Part shown: one piece after another, positions 15,113 through 23,683 of the stretch
Numbering within the stretch: position 1 is the stretch's first letter
Layout of the letters: every line of letters starts with the position of its first letter
From: Pyrodictium occultum
GTDB lineage: Archaea; Thermoproteota; Thermoprotei_A; Sulfolobales; Pyrodictiaceae
Direction of reading: 5' to 3'
NCBI RefSeq assembly: GCF_001462395.1
Contig: NZ_LNTB01000001.1
Location: 900,001 to 932,000, forward strand
DNA length: 32,000 bases
Translations under genes and position numbers: made by a program
Notes under the pieces: model-generated
The model's input: the letters and a program-made list of their open reading frames with translations, nothing else
Told to the model about the DNA's origin: nothing
Database searches by the model: none

Positions 15113-16291
15113 GTGACTAAACGCATCCTCATCCTAGGTGGCGGCTCCGGAGGCTACGTCGCCGCCCGCAGGCTCGCCGAATACCTCAGGAAGATGAATG
15201 CTGACTCCGAGGTTACTGTTGTGGCTGATGAGCCTTGGCACGACTTCCGCCCCCTCTATGGAGATGTTGCTCTCGGCGCTGCTGTGCCGGATGAGGTTCG
15301 CGCCTCTATTGTTGATGCTGGTAGGAGGTTTGGCTTCAGGGTGCTGGTTGACCGGGTTACCCGGATTGATGCCGGCGAGAGGGCTGTTGAGACTGAGAAG
15401 GGTGGGAGGCTGGGCTACGACTACCTCGTCGTGAGCCTCGGGGTCCGCTACGGCTGGGAGGCCTACCCAGGCCTAGACCGCTACGGGTACCACAGCTACA
15501 CGCTCGAAGGAGCACTGGAGATGAGGAAGGCCCTGGAGGGCTTCAAGGGCGGGAGGATAGTCATACTAGTGCCAGAGGCCGAGCATCGCTGCCCAATGTT
15601 CCCCATGGAGCTTGCCACCACGCTGGCTGAGAGCCTCAAGCACCGTGGTGTGAAGCCACAGGTGGCCTTGATGATGCCTAAGATGGAGAGGATGCCGCCG
15701 CCTCTCAGCGTTCTCGACACCTTACGCATATGGATGGAGAAGATGGAGGAGACAGGGGTAGAGGTTGTAATGCATGACGGTAATGTCGAGGTTGATGGTG
15801 AGAGGGGTGTTGTTCGTGCGGGGAATGTTGAGGAGAGGTATGATTTGTTGATTAAGGTGCCTCCTAGTAGGCTTCCGGAGCCCCTGGCCAGGAGTGAGGG
15901 CTTCCAGCTCAAGCAGGATCCGAGGTGGGCGCCGGCGAGGCCCAGGAACTTCCGCCACCCAGACTACGACGACGTATTCATGGTGGGAGAGCACTCCATG
16001 CCGCCTCTCGGCTTCCCGGGCGCAGGCGTGCCGGTGCATCTTGCAGCCGACTACGCAGCCGACCAGATAATCAGCGAGATAACCGGCGGCTACCCGGTGG
16101 CCGAGTTCGCCAGGGGCACCATGGTTGTCGGATACTTCGGCGCGACCTCAGGCATAATGATAGCGTTCGACATGAAATATGATGAGAAGAGTGACCAGTG
16201 GAAGGCTGCCAGGTATATAGCCGCCACAAACCCCCTGCTCCGTATAGTAAAGGAGGCTTTCTACAAGTCATGGATAGCCGCAATGAAGTAG
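15113..16291 (+). CDS. sulfide:quinone oxidoreductase-like FAD-dependent pyridine nucleotide-disulfide oxidoreductase
   Basis: 392-aa ORF starting at GTG with AGGTG upstream. MTKRILILGGGSGGYVAA is a GxGxxG motif, and EAEHRCPMFPMELA resembles the conserved CP-x-x-P-x-E segment of SQR/NDH-II-like enzymes. It is followed by a DUF1641 gene, as in other archaeal SQR-like loci. Confidence 0.8.
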   Translation: MTKRILILGGGSGGYVAARRLAEYLRKMNADSEVTVVADEPWHDFRPLYGDVALGAAVPDEVRASIVDAGRRFGFRVLVDRVTRIDAGERAVETEKGGRLGYDYLVVSLGVRYGWEAYPGLDRYGYHSYTLEGALEMRKALEGFKGGRIVILVPEAEHRCPMFPMELATTLAESLKHRGVKPQVALMMPKMERMPPPLSVLDTLRIWMEKMEETGVEVVMHDGNVEVDGERGVVRAGNVEERYDLLIKVPPSRLPEPLARSEGFQLKQDPRWAPARPRNFRHPDYDDVFMVGEHSMPPLGFPGAGVPVHLAADYAADQIISEITGGYPVAEFARGTMVVGYFGATSGIMIAFDMKYDEKSDQWKAARYIAATNPLLRIVKEAFYKSWIAAMK

Positions 16292-16313
16292 CAGCCGGCT
16301 CGGGTGGTGCACT

Positions 16314-16799
16314 ATGGCCTCCCAGGCTGGGGAGAAGAGGGGCACTATAGAGGAGGCCCTCAAGTTCGACGAGGAGAGTATGAAGGCTCTCGAGGACATC
16401 ATAGAGGCCCTTGTCTACCTCAAGAAAAGCGGTATGCTGGATATGCTGAAGTTCATAGCCGAGAAGAGCAATGAGCTGTTTACCATACTCAGCCGCGATC
16501 CGACGCTCTACCGCTTGCTCGCCCTCACGCATGGCGCCACGCGGGGCATCAATAGCCTGGAGCCCGAGGAGGTCGTCTCAGCCAAGCTGAACGTTGAGGG
16601 GATAACAAGCTGCACCATGAAGTCCATGGCATCGCTGAAGCCCAGTGAGGTCAAACCTCTTGGGCTGCTAGGCCTCATGGGGGCGCTCCGCGACCCGGAG
16701 GTGCAGCATGGCATAGGCCTGCTGATAGCTATGGCTAAGCATCTTGGCGCCTGCCTCCTAGAGCTGAAGAAGAAGTTCGAGGAGCAGAAGGGCGGGTAG
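16314..16799 (+). CDS. DUF1641 domain protein
   Basis: 161-aa ORF with GGTG upstream. The C-terminal LGLLGLMGALRDPEVQHGIGLLIAMAKHLG matches the DUF1641 pattern as I recall it. Confidence 0.75.
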   Translation: MASQAGEKRGTIEEALKFDEESMKALEDIIEALVYLKKSGMLDMLKFIAEKSNELFTILSRDPTLYRLLALTHGATRGINSLEPEEVVSAKLNVEGITSCTMKSMASLKPSEVKPLGLLGLMGALRDPEVQHGIGLLIAMAKHLGACLLELKKKFEEQKGG

Positions 16800-16915
16800 C
16801 CTCTCCCTAGTTTTCTACCCGTCTGCCCGGCCTCGGCTCCGGCCTTCCCCGGGAGGAGGGCGGGGGCCAGGGGCATCATCTATGTGCCCATCCCGGCTGC
16901 TGCAAGACTGGCCGG

Positions 16916-17622
16916 CTATATGCCTCGGAGTATGTACTTGAAGACTAGGGCCTGGAGGAGCCCAGGGAGGACGCGGCTCCAGGACAGCTCGCTGCAGCAC
17001 CTGCCCCATAGGCTCCGGTACCGCCCGCTAGCCCTGTCGAGCTCCCCGACTGCCCAGCCGGGGAGGTCTAGGCGGGCCGCCTCCGCGGCCGACTCGGCGT
17101 GGCTCCTCCTCCTAGCCCCCACCAGGGGGAAGGCGCCCTTCGCCACGAGCCAGGCGAGGGCCACCACGGCCCTGCTGGTGCCGAGCCTCTCCGCCACCCT
17201 CGCCAGCGTCTCCTGGAGCACCCTGTCCCCCGCCACGGTCTTGAACACGGGGTCCATGCGGCGGGCCGGGTTGTCGGCCCGGGTCCTGCCCGCGAGCGCG
17301 CCCTTGTCGAGGGGGCTCCAGGCCTGCAGAGCCACCCCCGGCTCTCCATGAAGGGCTTCAGCCTGTTCTCGGCCACCCGGCAGCCGAGGCTGTAGTGGAC
17401 CTGGTTCACAGCTATCTCGTGGCGCCGCGTGCAGAGCATAGCCTTCTCGAGGAGGGGCTGGGGGTAGTTGGAGACCCCTATGTAGCCCGCCAGGCCCCTC
17501 ACCGCCTCCCGGGCGCCCCGCAGCCCCTCCCCAGGGGAGCCCCAGAGCCTCGACCTGGCCTGCCAGAGGCCCAGCCCGACCCTGGAGACCCTCAGCCCGG
17601 TCCTGCCCAGCACCCTGTGCAA
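16916..17622 (-). pseudogene. aldo/keto reductase relic (internal deletion plus frameshift)
   Basis: From TTG 17622 the reading is (M)HRVLGRTGLRVSRVGLGLWQARSRLWGSPGEG|LRGAREAVRGLAGYIGVSNYPQPLLEKA...NQVHYSL...KPFMESRG. It shifts frame at the C5/G5 run 17335-17339 to VALQAWSPLDKGALAG...LGTSRAVVALAWLV...PLVGARR..., with a stop at 16916. Only about 50 residues lie between the N-terminus and IGVSN, against about 140 in AKRs, so the Asp/Tyr/Lys/His catalytic region is missing. Confidence 0.7.
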
Positions 17623-17724
17623 GGCCTCGGCGGCACCCGCCTCCAGGGTCCTCCACGGGGGATTATGCCGGCCGCGGGGCAGCAGCGGCGGGAGGCTGTA
17701 GGGCCGGGCGGCAGGCCTTAACAG

Positions 17725-17752
17725 CCTGTATACACCCCCACCCTGTATACAC
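17725..17752. promoter_or_regulatory. two copies of CCTGTATACAC (palindromic core TGTATACA) upstream of vapB; candidate promoter/operator
   Basis: The copies lie at 17725-17735 and 17742-17752, a 17-nt period. The second ends 8 nt before GTG 17761. The first is centred about 30 nt upstream of the start, where a TATA box for a leaderless mRNA would sit. Confidence 0.45.
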
Positions 17753-17760
17753 GGGGCCCC

Positions 17761-18120
17761 GTGTCTACCGCCGTAGTCTCCGTCCGGGTGCCCAGGGAGC
17801 TGAAGGAGGAGGCTGAGAGGCTGGGCATCGACATCAGGGTGGTGGAGGCTATCCGCCGCGCGGTGGAGGAGGAGAGGAGGCGTAGGCTCGCCGAAGCCCT
17901 CCGCGGGGCCGCCGAGGCCGGCGGAGGCCTCGAGCCGGGCGACCGGGTTGAGGCGGTGAAGGCCTCCCCTAGGGGAGGAGCCCGGCTTGATCACACTCGA
18001 CGCCTCGGCACTCTACCCGCTGGCGAAGATGGCGCAGGAGAGTGGCGTGGAGAGGGCTGCGGAGAGGATACTCCGCGAGGAGGCCGCCATACTGGATCTG
18101 GCCCTCTACGAGGCCGCTAA
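17761..18120 (+). CDS. vapB: VapB-like ribbon-helix-helix antitoxin (ORF abnormally extended past the usual stop)
   Basis: MSTAVVSVRVPRELKEEAERLGIDIRVVEAIRRAVEEERRRRLAEAL is a typical archaeal RHH antitoxin N-terminus. Such proteins are usually about 70-85 aa and end at the toxin start near 17990. Here the frame runs on to 18120 through G/R-rich sequence. Confidence 0.55.
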   Translation: MSTAVVSVRVPRELKEEAERLGIDIRVVEAIRRAVEEERRRRLAEALRGAAEAGGGLEPGDRVEAVKASPRGGARLDHTRRLGTLPAGEDGAGEWRGEGCGEDTPRGGRHTGSGPLRGR

Positions 18121-18397
18121 CGCTGCCCTCGTGGAGGCGCGGCGCGCTGGCCCGGGCGCTTGCCGTGCTCGCTGAGAGCCTCACCCTGCTGAGGATAAAG
18201 CCCGGCGACGTGGAGGCCGTGGAGAGGTTCGCCGGCGAGCTGGGGCTCACTGTCTACGACGCCGCCTACGTCTACTACGCGCGGCTCCACGGGGCCGGCT
18301 GGGGAAGGCCGGGGACGTGGCGGTGGAGACAGGGTGGCTGCGGCGGAGCCCCCGGGCGACTAGCGCGAGTCTCCATCCTCTATACTTGGCCAAGTAG
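17987..18397 (+). pseudogene. vapC: PIN-domain VapC toxin, reading frame disrupted
   Basis: TTG 17987 has GGAGG 7 nt upstream and opens MITLDASALYPLAK...ILDLALYEAANAALVEARR in frame 2. The middle part ALARALAVLAESLTLLRIKPGDVEAVERFAGELGLTVYDAAYVYYARLHGA is in frame 3 (about 18145-18296). A possible tail, GRLGKAGDVAVETGWL..., is back in frame 2 with a stop at 18395-18397. Three PIN acidic positions are seen (D5, E in LYEAAN, D in VYDAAY). No LVTxD-type fourth motif was found. Confidence 0.6.
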
Positions 18398-18458
18398 AGG
18401 CGAGGGGTTCCCTCATCCTGGAATGCTTTTAGACCCCTTACTCGGCCAAGTCCCAATC

Positions 18459-19199
18459 ATGGGGGTTACGCTGAGGCCCGGGCGGCTCCTCTACGAGGGG
18501 AAGGCTAAGCGAGTCCTAGACGCCGGCGACGGAAGGGCGGTCATGGAGTTCAAGGATGGGGTCACGGCGTTCGACGGGAGGAGGAGGGACCCGGCGCCGG
18601 GCAAGGGGGAGGCCGCGGCCCGGCTCTCGGCCAGGATGTTCGAGCTCCTCGAGGAGCACGGGGTGCGCACCCACTACATCTGCTACATGGGCGGCTCCCG
18701 GATCCTCGTGGAGAGGCACGAGGTGGCCCCCCTCGAGGTGATAGTGCGTAACTACGCCTACGGCTCCATGGTCAGGCGCATGCCCTTCCTCAAGCCCATG
18801 GCCCGGCTCTCTAGGCCGCTGGTGGAGCTGCACCTCAAGGACGATGAGAGGGGCGACCCCCTCCTGCTCCCGGAGGACGTGGTGGAGGCGGGGCTCCTCT
18901 CCTGGAGCGAGCTGGACGCGCTCCGGAGCCTCGCCCTCCGGGTGGACGCGGTTCTCGAATCCTTCTGGAGGCGGAGGGGGCTCCGGCTCATAGACTTCAA
19001 GATAGAGGTGGCGAGGACCCCGAGGGGCTTCGTGGTGGTCGACGAGGTGTCGGGCGACACGATGAGGCTCGTCGACGCCGAGGGCAGGCACCTGGACAAA
19101 GAGCTCTACCGCCGGGGAGGTAGCGTGGAGGAGCTGGTGGAGGCGTACAGGGAGCTGGCCAGGCTGGCCGGGGCCCCGGAGAGGCTCTGCGGGGAGTGA
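18459..19199 (+). CDS. purC: phosphoribosylaminoimidazole-succinocarboxamide (SAICAR) synthase
   Basis: This is the 3' 246 codons of track ORF 18042..19199. It starts MGVTLRPGRLLYEGKAKRVL... and contains LEVIVRNYAYGS, LIDFKIE and the VDEVSGDTMRL motif. A TTTTAGA element lies 26 nt upstream of ATG 18459. Confidence 0.9.
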   Translation: MGVTLRPGRLLYEGKAKRVLDAGDGRAVMEFKDGVTAFDGRRRDPAPGKGEAAARLSARMFELLEEHGVRTHYICYMGGSRILVERHEVAPLEVIVRNYAYGSMVRRMPFLKPMARLSRPLVELHLKDDERGDPLLLPEDVVEAGLLSWSELDALRSLALRVDAVLESFWRRRGLRLIDFKIEVARTPRGFVVVDEVSGDTMRLVDAEGRHLDKELYRRGGSVEELVEAYRELARLAGAPERLCGE

Positions 19200-19206
19200 G
19201 GAGGCC

Positions 19207-19461
19207 TTGGCGAGGCACCGCGTGCTGGTAATGGTGTCCTATAAGCCCTCCGCCCGGGACCCGGAGGGCGAGACCCTGGCCGGGGAGCTGAGGAGGCTCG
19301 GCTACACGTGGATCCTCGGCGCCAGGGCCGGGAAGGCCTTCGTCTTCGAGGTCGAGGCCGGGTCAAGGGAGGAGGCGGCCCGGCTCGTAGAGGAGATGGC
19401 CAGGGAGACCCGGCTCTACAACCCCGCCGTCCACAGCCTCCTGGTGATCCCCCTTGCCTAG
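19207..19461 (+). CDS. purS: phosphoribosylformylglycinamidine synthase subunit PurS
   Basis: 84-aa ORF with a TTG start after GAGGAGG. VLVMVSYKPSARDPEGETLAGELRRLGY...FEVEAGSREEA...LYNPAVH fits PurS, and it is positioned before purQ. Confidence 0.88.
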   Translation: MARHRVLVMVSYKPSARDPEGETLAGELRRLGYTWILGARAGKAFVFEVEAGSREEAARLVEEMARETRLYNPAVHSLLVIPLA

Positions 19462-20131
19462 GGTCGCGGTGGTGAAGTTCCCCGGCACCAACTGCGACGA
19501 GGAGACCGCCTACATGCTCCGCGAGGTAGCCGGCGTGGAGGCCCACGTGGTCTGGCACACCGAGTACAGTTGGAGGAGCTGGGACGCCACCGTGGTGCCC
19601 GGGGGCTTCAGCTACGGCGACTACGGCCGCGCCGGGCTACTCGCCTCCTGGAGCCCAGCAGCCGAGCAGCTCCGGGAGGCCGCGGCGGCCGGCTCCCCCA
19701 TACTCGGCATATGCAACGGCTTCCAGGTGCTCGTCGAGGCCGGCATACTCCCCGGCGCGCTCCTCCCCAACGAGAGCGGCCGCTTCATCGCCCGCTGGAC
19801 GCGTGTCCGGGTCCACGCGCCGCGGGGGCCCTGGCTCCTCGCGGCCGAGGAGGGGATGGTGCTGGAGATGCCTATAGCCCATGCGGAGGGCCGCTACTAC
19901 CACCCAGACCCCGGCTCCCTGCTGAGGGATAGGCCCTGGCTGGAGTACCTCGAGAACCCCAACGGCAGCGTCGCCAACATCGCGGGGCTGGGTAGCCAGG
20001 ACGGGGCGGTGCTGGGCCTAATGCCGCACCCGGAGAGGGCCGCCCACCCCCTCCAGACGCCCAGGGGCCGGGGAACCGGCGGCCGCGTCCTCTTCGAGTC
20101 CATCGGGGCAGCGCTGCGGAGGGGCTGGTGA
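19454..20131 (+). CDS. purQ: phosphoribosylformylglycinamidine synthase I (glutaminase subunit)
   Basis: 225-aa ORF with VAVVKFPGTNCDEE, the catalytic LGICNGFQVL and MPHPER. It overlaps purS by 8 nt. Confidence 0.92.
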   Translation: MPRVAVVKFPGTNCDEETAYMLREVAGVEAHVVWHTEYSWRSWDATVVPGGFSYGDYGRAGLLASWSPAAEQLREAAAAGSPILGICNGFQVLVEAGILPGALLPNESGRFIARWTRVRVHAPRGPWLLAAEEGMVLEMPIAHAEGRYYHPDPGSLLRDRPWLEYLENPNGSVANIAGLGSQDGAVLGLMPHPERAAHPLQTPRGRGTGGRVLFESIGAALRRGW

Positions 20132-22308
20132 TGCCGCTGACGCGGGAGGAGCTGGAGGAGATACGGCGCAGGCTCGGCAGGGAGCCCACCAGGGAGGAGC
20201 TAGCCCTCTTCGAGGCCACCTGGAGCGAGCACTGCAGCTATAAGAGCACCAAGAGGCTGCTGAGGAGGCTCCCCACGGAGGCCCCCTGGGTGCTGGTCGG
20301 GCCCGGCAGGGACGCCGGCGCGGTCAAGCTCTTCGACGACGTGGCCCTGGTAGCCAGGATAGAGAGCCACAACCACCCATCCGCTGTGGACCCCTACAAC
20401 GGGGCGGCCACCGGCGTGGGGGGCATCGTCAGGGACGTGCTCAGCCTCGGGGCCAGGCCCATAGCGCTGCTCGACGCCCTCTACCTCGGGAGCCTCCGCA
20501 CCCCCGTCTCCAGGTGGCTCGCCAGGGGCATAGTCCGGGGGATAAGCGACTACGGGAACAGGATAGGAGTCCCCACCGTGGCCGGGCGGACGTGGTTCCA
20601 CCCGAGCTACGAGAGGCAGCCGCTGGTCAACGTGGCCTGCCTGGGCGTGGCCAGGCCCGACGCCATCCTCCCCGGCAGGGTGGAGCCTGGCGACGTCATG
20701 GTGCTGGCGGGGAACTCCACCGGGAGGGACGGGATGCTCGGGAGCAGCTTCGCCAGCCGCCCGCTGGGCGAGAGGGAGGAGGACATAGCGGCGGTGCAGG
20801 TGGGGAACCCGTTCCTCGAGAAGCTCCTCATAGACGCGCTCTCCGAGGCCTTCGAGCGCCGCCTCCTCCGCCACGTAAAGGACCTGGGCGGCGGCGGGCT
20901 GGCCACAGCGGTGGCCGAGACCGCGGCCTCCAGCCGGGTCGGCGCCGTCGTGCACCTCGACAGGGTCCACCTCCGGGAGCCGGATATGGACCCCGCTGAG
21001 ATACTGGTCTCGGAGAGCCAGGAGCGCATGCTCCTGGTGCCGGAGAAGGGTAGGCTGGGCGAGCTGCTCCGTATCCTCGACCGCTACGGGGTCGAGGCGA
21101 GCGTGATAGGCTACTTCGACGACACGGGCAGGCTCCGGGCGGTCTACAGGGGCAGGACAGTGGTGGACCTTCCCGTGGAGCTGGCGGCCGAGGCCCCGCC
21201 GGTGGAGAGGCGCTCGGAGCAGCCCCAGCCCCCCGGGCCGCTGCCCGGGCTCAGCGTGGCGGAGGAGGAGCTGGGCCGGCTGCTCGAGAGGATCCTCTCC
21301 AGCCCCAGGGCGGCCTCCAAGGCCTGGGTCTATGAGCAGTACGACTGGGGCGTCCAGGGCCGCACCAGGCTCCCGCCGGGCCATGGGGATGCCGCGGTCC
21401 TCTGGCTGCAGGACGGCACGGCCAGGGGCGTCGTGGCGGCGCTGGCAGGGAACCCGAGGTATACGAGGCAGGACCCGTTCCGCGGCGCCGCCCTCAGCCT
21501 CGCGGAGGCCTACCGCAGCGTGGCCGCGGTGGGCGGGGAGCCGCTGGCGGCGCTCGACAACATCAACGCCGGGAACCCTGAGAAGCCGAGGCAGTTCTGG
21601 TACTTCGAGAGGATGGTTGACGGCCTCGCCTGGATGGCCAGGGGCCTGGGGATACCCTTCATAGGGGGCAACGTAAGCCTCTACAACGAGGACGAGAGGG
21701 GCCACATGGTGGACCCGGTGGCCACCGTCCTCGTCGTCGGCAGGATCGCCGACGCCGGCCGCGCCACGGGACTGGCGCTCCAGGGCGACGCCGTCCTCGT
21801 GGCGGTGGGGGAGACCAGGCCCGAGCTGGGCGCTAGCGAGGCGGCCGAGATCCTCCTGGGCGAGCCCGCGGGCGCCCCGCCGGAGCCCAGGCCCGGCGAG
21901 GAGAAGGCCGCGGCGCAGCTTGTGAGGAGGCTCGTCGAGAGGGGGCTAGTCACCGCCTCCCACTCGGTGGGGCTCGGGGGCGCGGCCGCCGCCGCAGCCA
22001 AGATGGCCGTCGCCGGCGGCGCCGGGGCCAGCATAGACCTCGGGGCGCTCTGCCCCCGGTGCAGCAGCCTCCTCGAGGCAGGGTTCTCCGAGACCCCCGG
22101 CCGTTACCTCCTCGAGGTGCCCCGTGAGAGCCTGGGGGAGGTGCTCGAGGAGGCGAGGAGGCTCGGGGTCTGGGCCCGCCCGGTGGGCGAGACCGGCGGT
22201 GACTATGTGGAGCTACTGTCCTCGGGGAGACTGGTATCCAGGCTCCCGCTGGAGGGGCTACGCGAGGCCTACGAGATTGCTCTCGAGAGGAGCCTAGCCC
22301 GGGGGTGA
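20128..22308 (+). CDS. purL: phosphoribosylformylglycinamidine synthase II
   Basis: 726-aa ORF with LALFEATWSEHCSYKS, ESHNHPSAVDPYNGAATGVGG and SESQERML. The start is GTG 20128 or ATG 20131, overlapping the purQ stop. Confidence 0.95.
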   Translation: MMPLTREELEEIRRRLGREPTREELALFEATWSEHCSYKSTKRLLRRLPTEAPWVLVGPGRDAGAVKLFDDVALVARIESHNHPSAVDPYNGAATGVGGIVRDVLSLGARPIALLDALYLGSLRTPVSRWLARGIVRGISDYGNRIGVPTVAGRTWFHPSYERQPLVNVACLGVARPDAILPGRVEPGDVMVLAGNSTGRDGMLGSSFASRPLGEREEDIAAVQVGNPFLEKLLIDALSEAFERRLLRHVKDLGGGGLATAVAETAASSRVGAVVHLDRVHLREPDMDPAEILVSESQERMLLVPEKGRLGELLRILDRYGVEASVIGYFDDTGRLRAVYRGRTVVDLPVELAAEAPPVERRSEQPQPPGPLPGLSVAEEELGRLLERILSSPRAASKAWVYEQYDWGVQGRTRLPPGHGDAAVLWLQDGTARGVVAALAGNPRYTRQDPFRGAALSLAEAYRSVAAVGGEPLAALDNINAGNPEKPRQFWYFERMVDGLAWMARGLGIPFIGGNVSLYNEDERGHMVDPVATVLVVGRIADAGRATGLALQGDAVLVAVGETRPELGASEAAEILLGEPAGAPPEPRPGEEKAAAQLVRRLVERGLVTASHSVGLGGAAAAAAKMAVAGGAGASIDLGALCPRCSSLLEAGFSETPGRYLLEVPRESLGEVLEEARRLGVWARPVGETGGDYVELLSSGRLVSRLPLEGLREAYEIALERSLARG

Positions 22309-22318
22309 GCAGGGGCCC

Positions 22319-23674
22319 TTGTGCGGCGTGGCGGCGTGGATGGGGGAGGGGGCCGCCGGGGCGGTCTACGAGCTGCTGCTGGAGCTCCAGCACCGGGGCC
22401 AGGAGGCGGCAGGCGTGGCGTTCCTCGCGGGCGGCCGCATCGGCCTCGCCGGCGGCGGCGGGCTGGTGGAGGAGGCGGTGAAGCTGCCGCCCGAGGCCTC
22501 GAGGGCGTGGGCAGCGATAGGGCACGTGAGGTACAGCACCAGCAGCCTCTACGGCGGCGAGCTTTTCCAGCCCGTGGCGGGCGCCCGGGGCCTGGTCTAC
22601 GTGGCGTTCAACGGCAACATTGTGAACTACCGTGAGCTGGGCGGCGAGCTGCTCGGCCGCCGCTACAGCTGGGACGCCCAGCTCGTGGCAGACCTTGTGG
22701 AGGCCCTCTACCTGGAGCACGGCAGCCTGGCCGACGCGCTCCGTGAGGCGGCACGGCTGCTCCGCGGCGCCTACAGCATGGTCGCCCTGAGCTCGAGGGG
22801 CGAGCTGGCGGCGGCGAGGGACCCCTATGGGGTCCGGCCGCTGGCCTACGCCCTCGGCGACGGCTACGCCGCTGTAGCCAGCGAGACAGCCGCGCTCGAC
22901 ACCATGGGGCTGGCCTGGAGGGAGCTGCCGGCCGGAGGCCTCCTATACTGCAACGGGAGCCCCAAGGACTGTGTCGAGACCCGTCTCGCCCCCTCCCACG
23001 AGCCCAGGCCCTGCGCGTTCGAGTACGTCTACTTCCTCCGCCCGGACAGCGTCTTCGAGGGCGTGGAGGCCCACGCCGCCCGGGTGGAGATGGGCCGCAG
23101 GCTCGCCCGGAGCGACACCGTGGAGGCAGACCTGGTGGCCCCGGTGCCCGACAGCGGGAGGAGCGCGGCGATAGGCTACGCGCTGGAGCGGGGCATCCCC
23201 CTGGTGGAGGTGCTCTACAGGAACAGGTACGCCGGCCGCGCCTTCATAGCCCCGCCGAGGGAGAGGGACGGGAGGCTCCGGAGGAAGTTTAACCCGATAC
23301 GCTCCGCCGCCTGGGGCAAGAGGATAATCCTCATCGACGACAGTGTTGTCAGGGGCTCGACCGGCAGGAGGATAGCCGCCACCCTCCGCGCGGCCGGCGC
23401 GAGGGAGGTGCACCTCCGCGTAGCCTCTCCCCCCGTGGTGATGCCCTGCTTCCTGGGCATAGACATGCCTAGCCGCCGCGAGCTGGTAGCCCACGGGAGG
23501 AGCGTGGACGAGGTGGCCAGGCTCCTCGGTGTGGACAGCCTCCTCTACCTCGGCCTCCGCGGGCTGGAGGAGGCCGTGGGCCGCCGGCTCTGCCTCGGCT
23601 GCTTCGGCGGCTCCTACCCGTTCCCGCTCGACGTGGAGAGGCTGGAGAAGGTGTTCACAGAGGGCAGGAGGTGA
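22319..23674 (+). CDS. purF: amidophosphoribosyltransferase
   Basis: 451-aa ORF. A TTG start followed by Cys (MCGVAAW) gives the Ntn nucleophile. It also has LQHRGQEAAGV, the PRPP loop ILIDDSVVRGSTGR, and Cys residues at PCAFEYVYF, MPCFLGIDMP and CLGCFGGSYP. Confidence 0.92.
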   Translation: MCGVAAWMGEGAAGAVYELLLELQHRGQEAAGVAFLAGGRIGLAGGGGLVEEAVKLPPEASRAWAAIGHVRYSTSSLYGGELFQPVAGARGLVYVAFNGNIVNYRELGGELLGRRYSWDAQLVADLVEALYLEHGSLADALREAARLLRGAYSMVALSSRGELAAARDPYGVRPLAYALGDGYAAVASETAALDTMGLAWRELPAGGLLYCNGSPKDCVETRLAPSHEPRPCAFEYVYFLRPDSVFEGVEAHAARVEMGRRLARSDTVEADLVAPVPDSGRSAAIGYALERGIPLVEVLYRNRYAGRAFIAPPRERDGRLRRKFNPIRSAAWGKRIILIDDSVVRGSTGRRIAATLRAAGAREVHLRVASPPVVMPCFLGIDMPSRRELVAHGRSVDEVARLLGVDSLLYLGLRGLEEAVGRRLCLGCFGGSYPFPLDVERLEKVFTEGRR

Positions 23675-23683
23675 GGGCAGGGT

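Larger units (their letters stand above)
14960..16810. other. low-GC compositional island (candidate horizontally acquired segment)
   Basis: Hand counts of 60-nt lines give 30/60 GC at 15181-15240, 30/60 at 15721-15780 and 31/60 at 16381-16440. The flanks give 42/60 at 14641-14700 and 45/60 at 17101-17160. The left edge is a 150-nt A/T-rich spacer. No flanking direct repeats or integrase were found. Confidence 0.55.

Noticed and set aside
20200-21705. 501-aa ORF on the minus strand
   Set aside because: It is antisense to purL, which is unambiguous. The composition is R/P/G/A-rich and no motifs are present.
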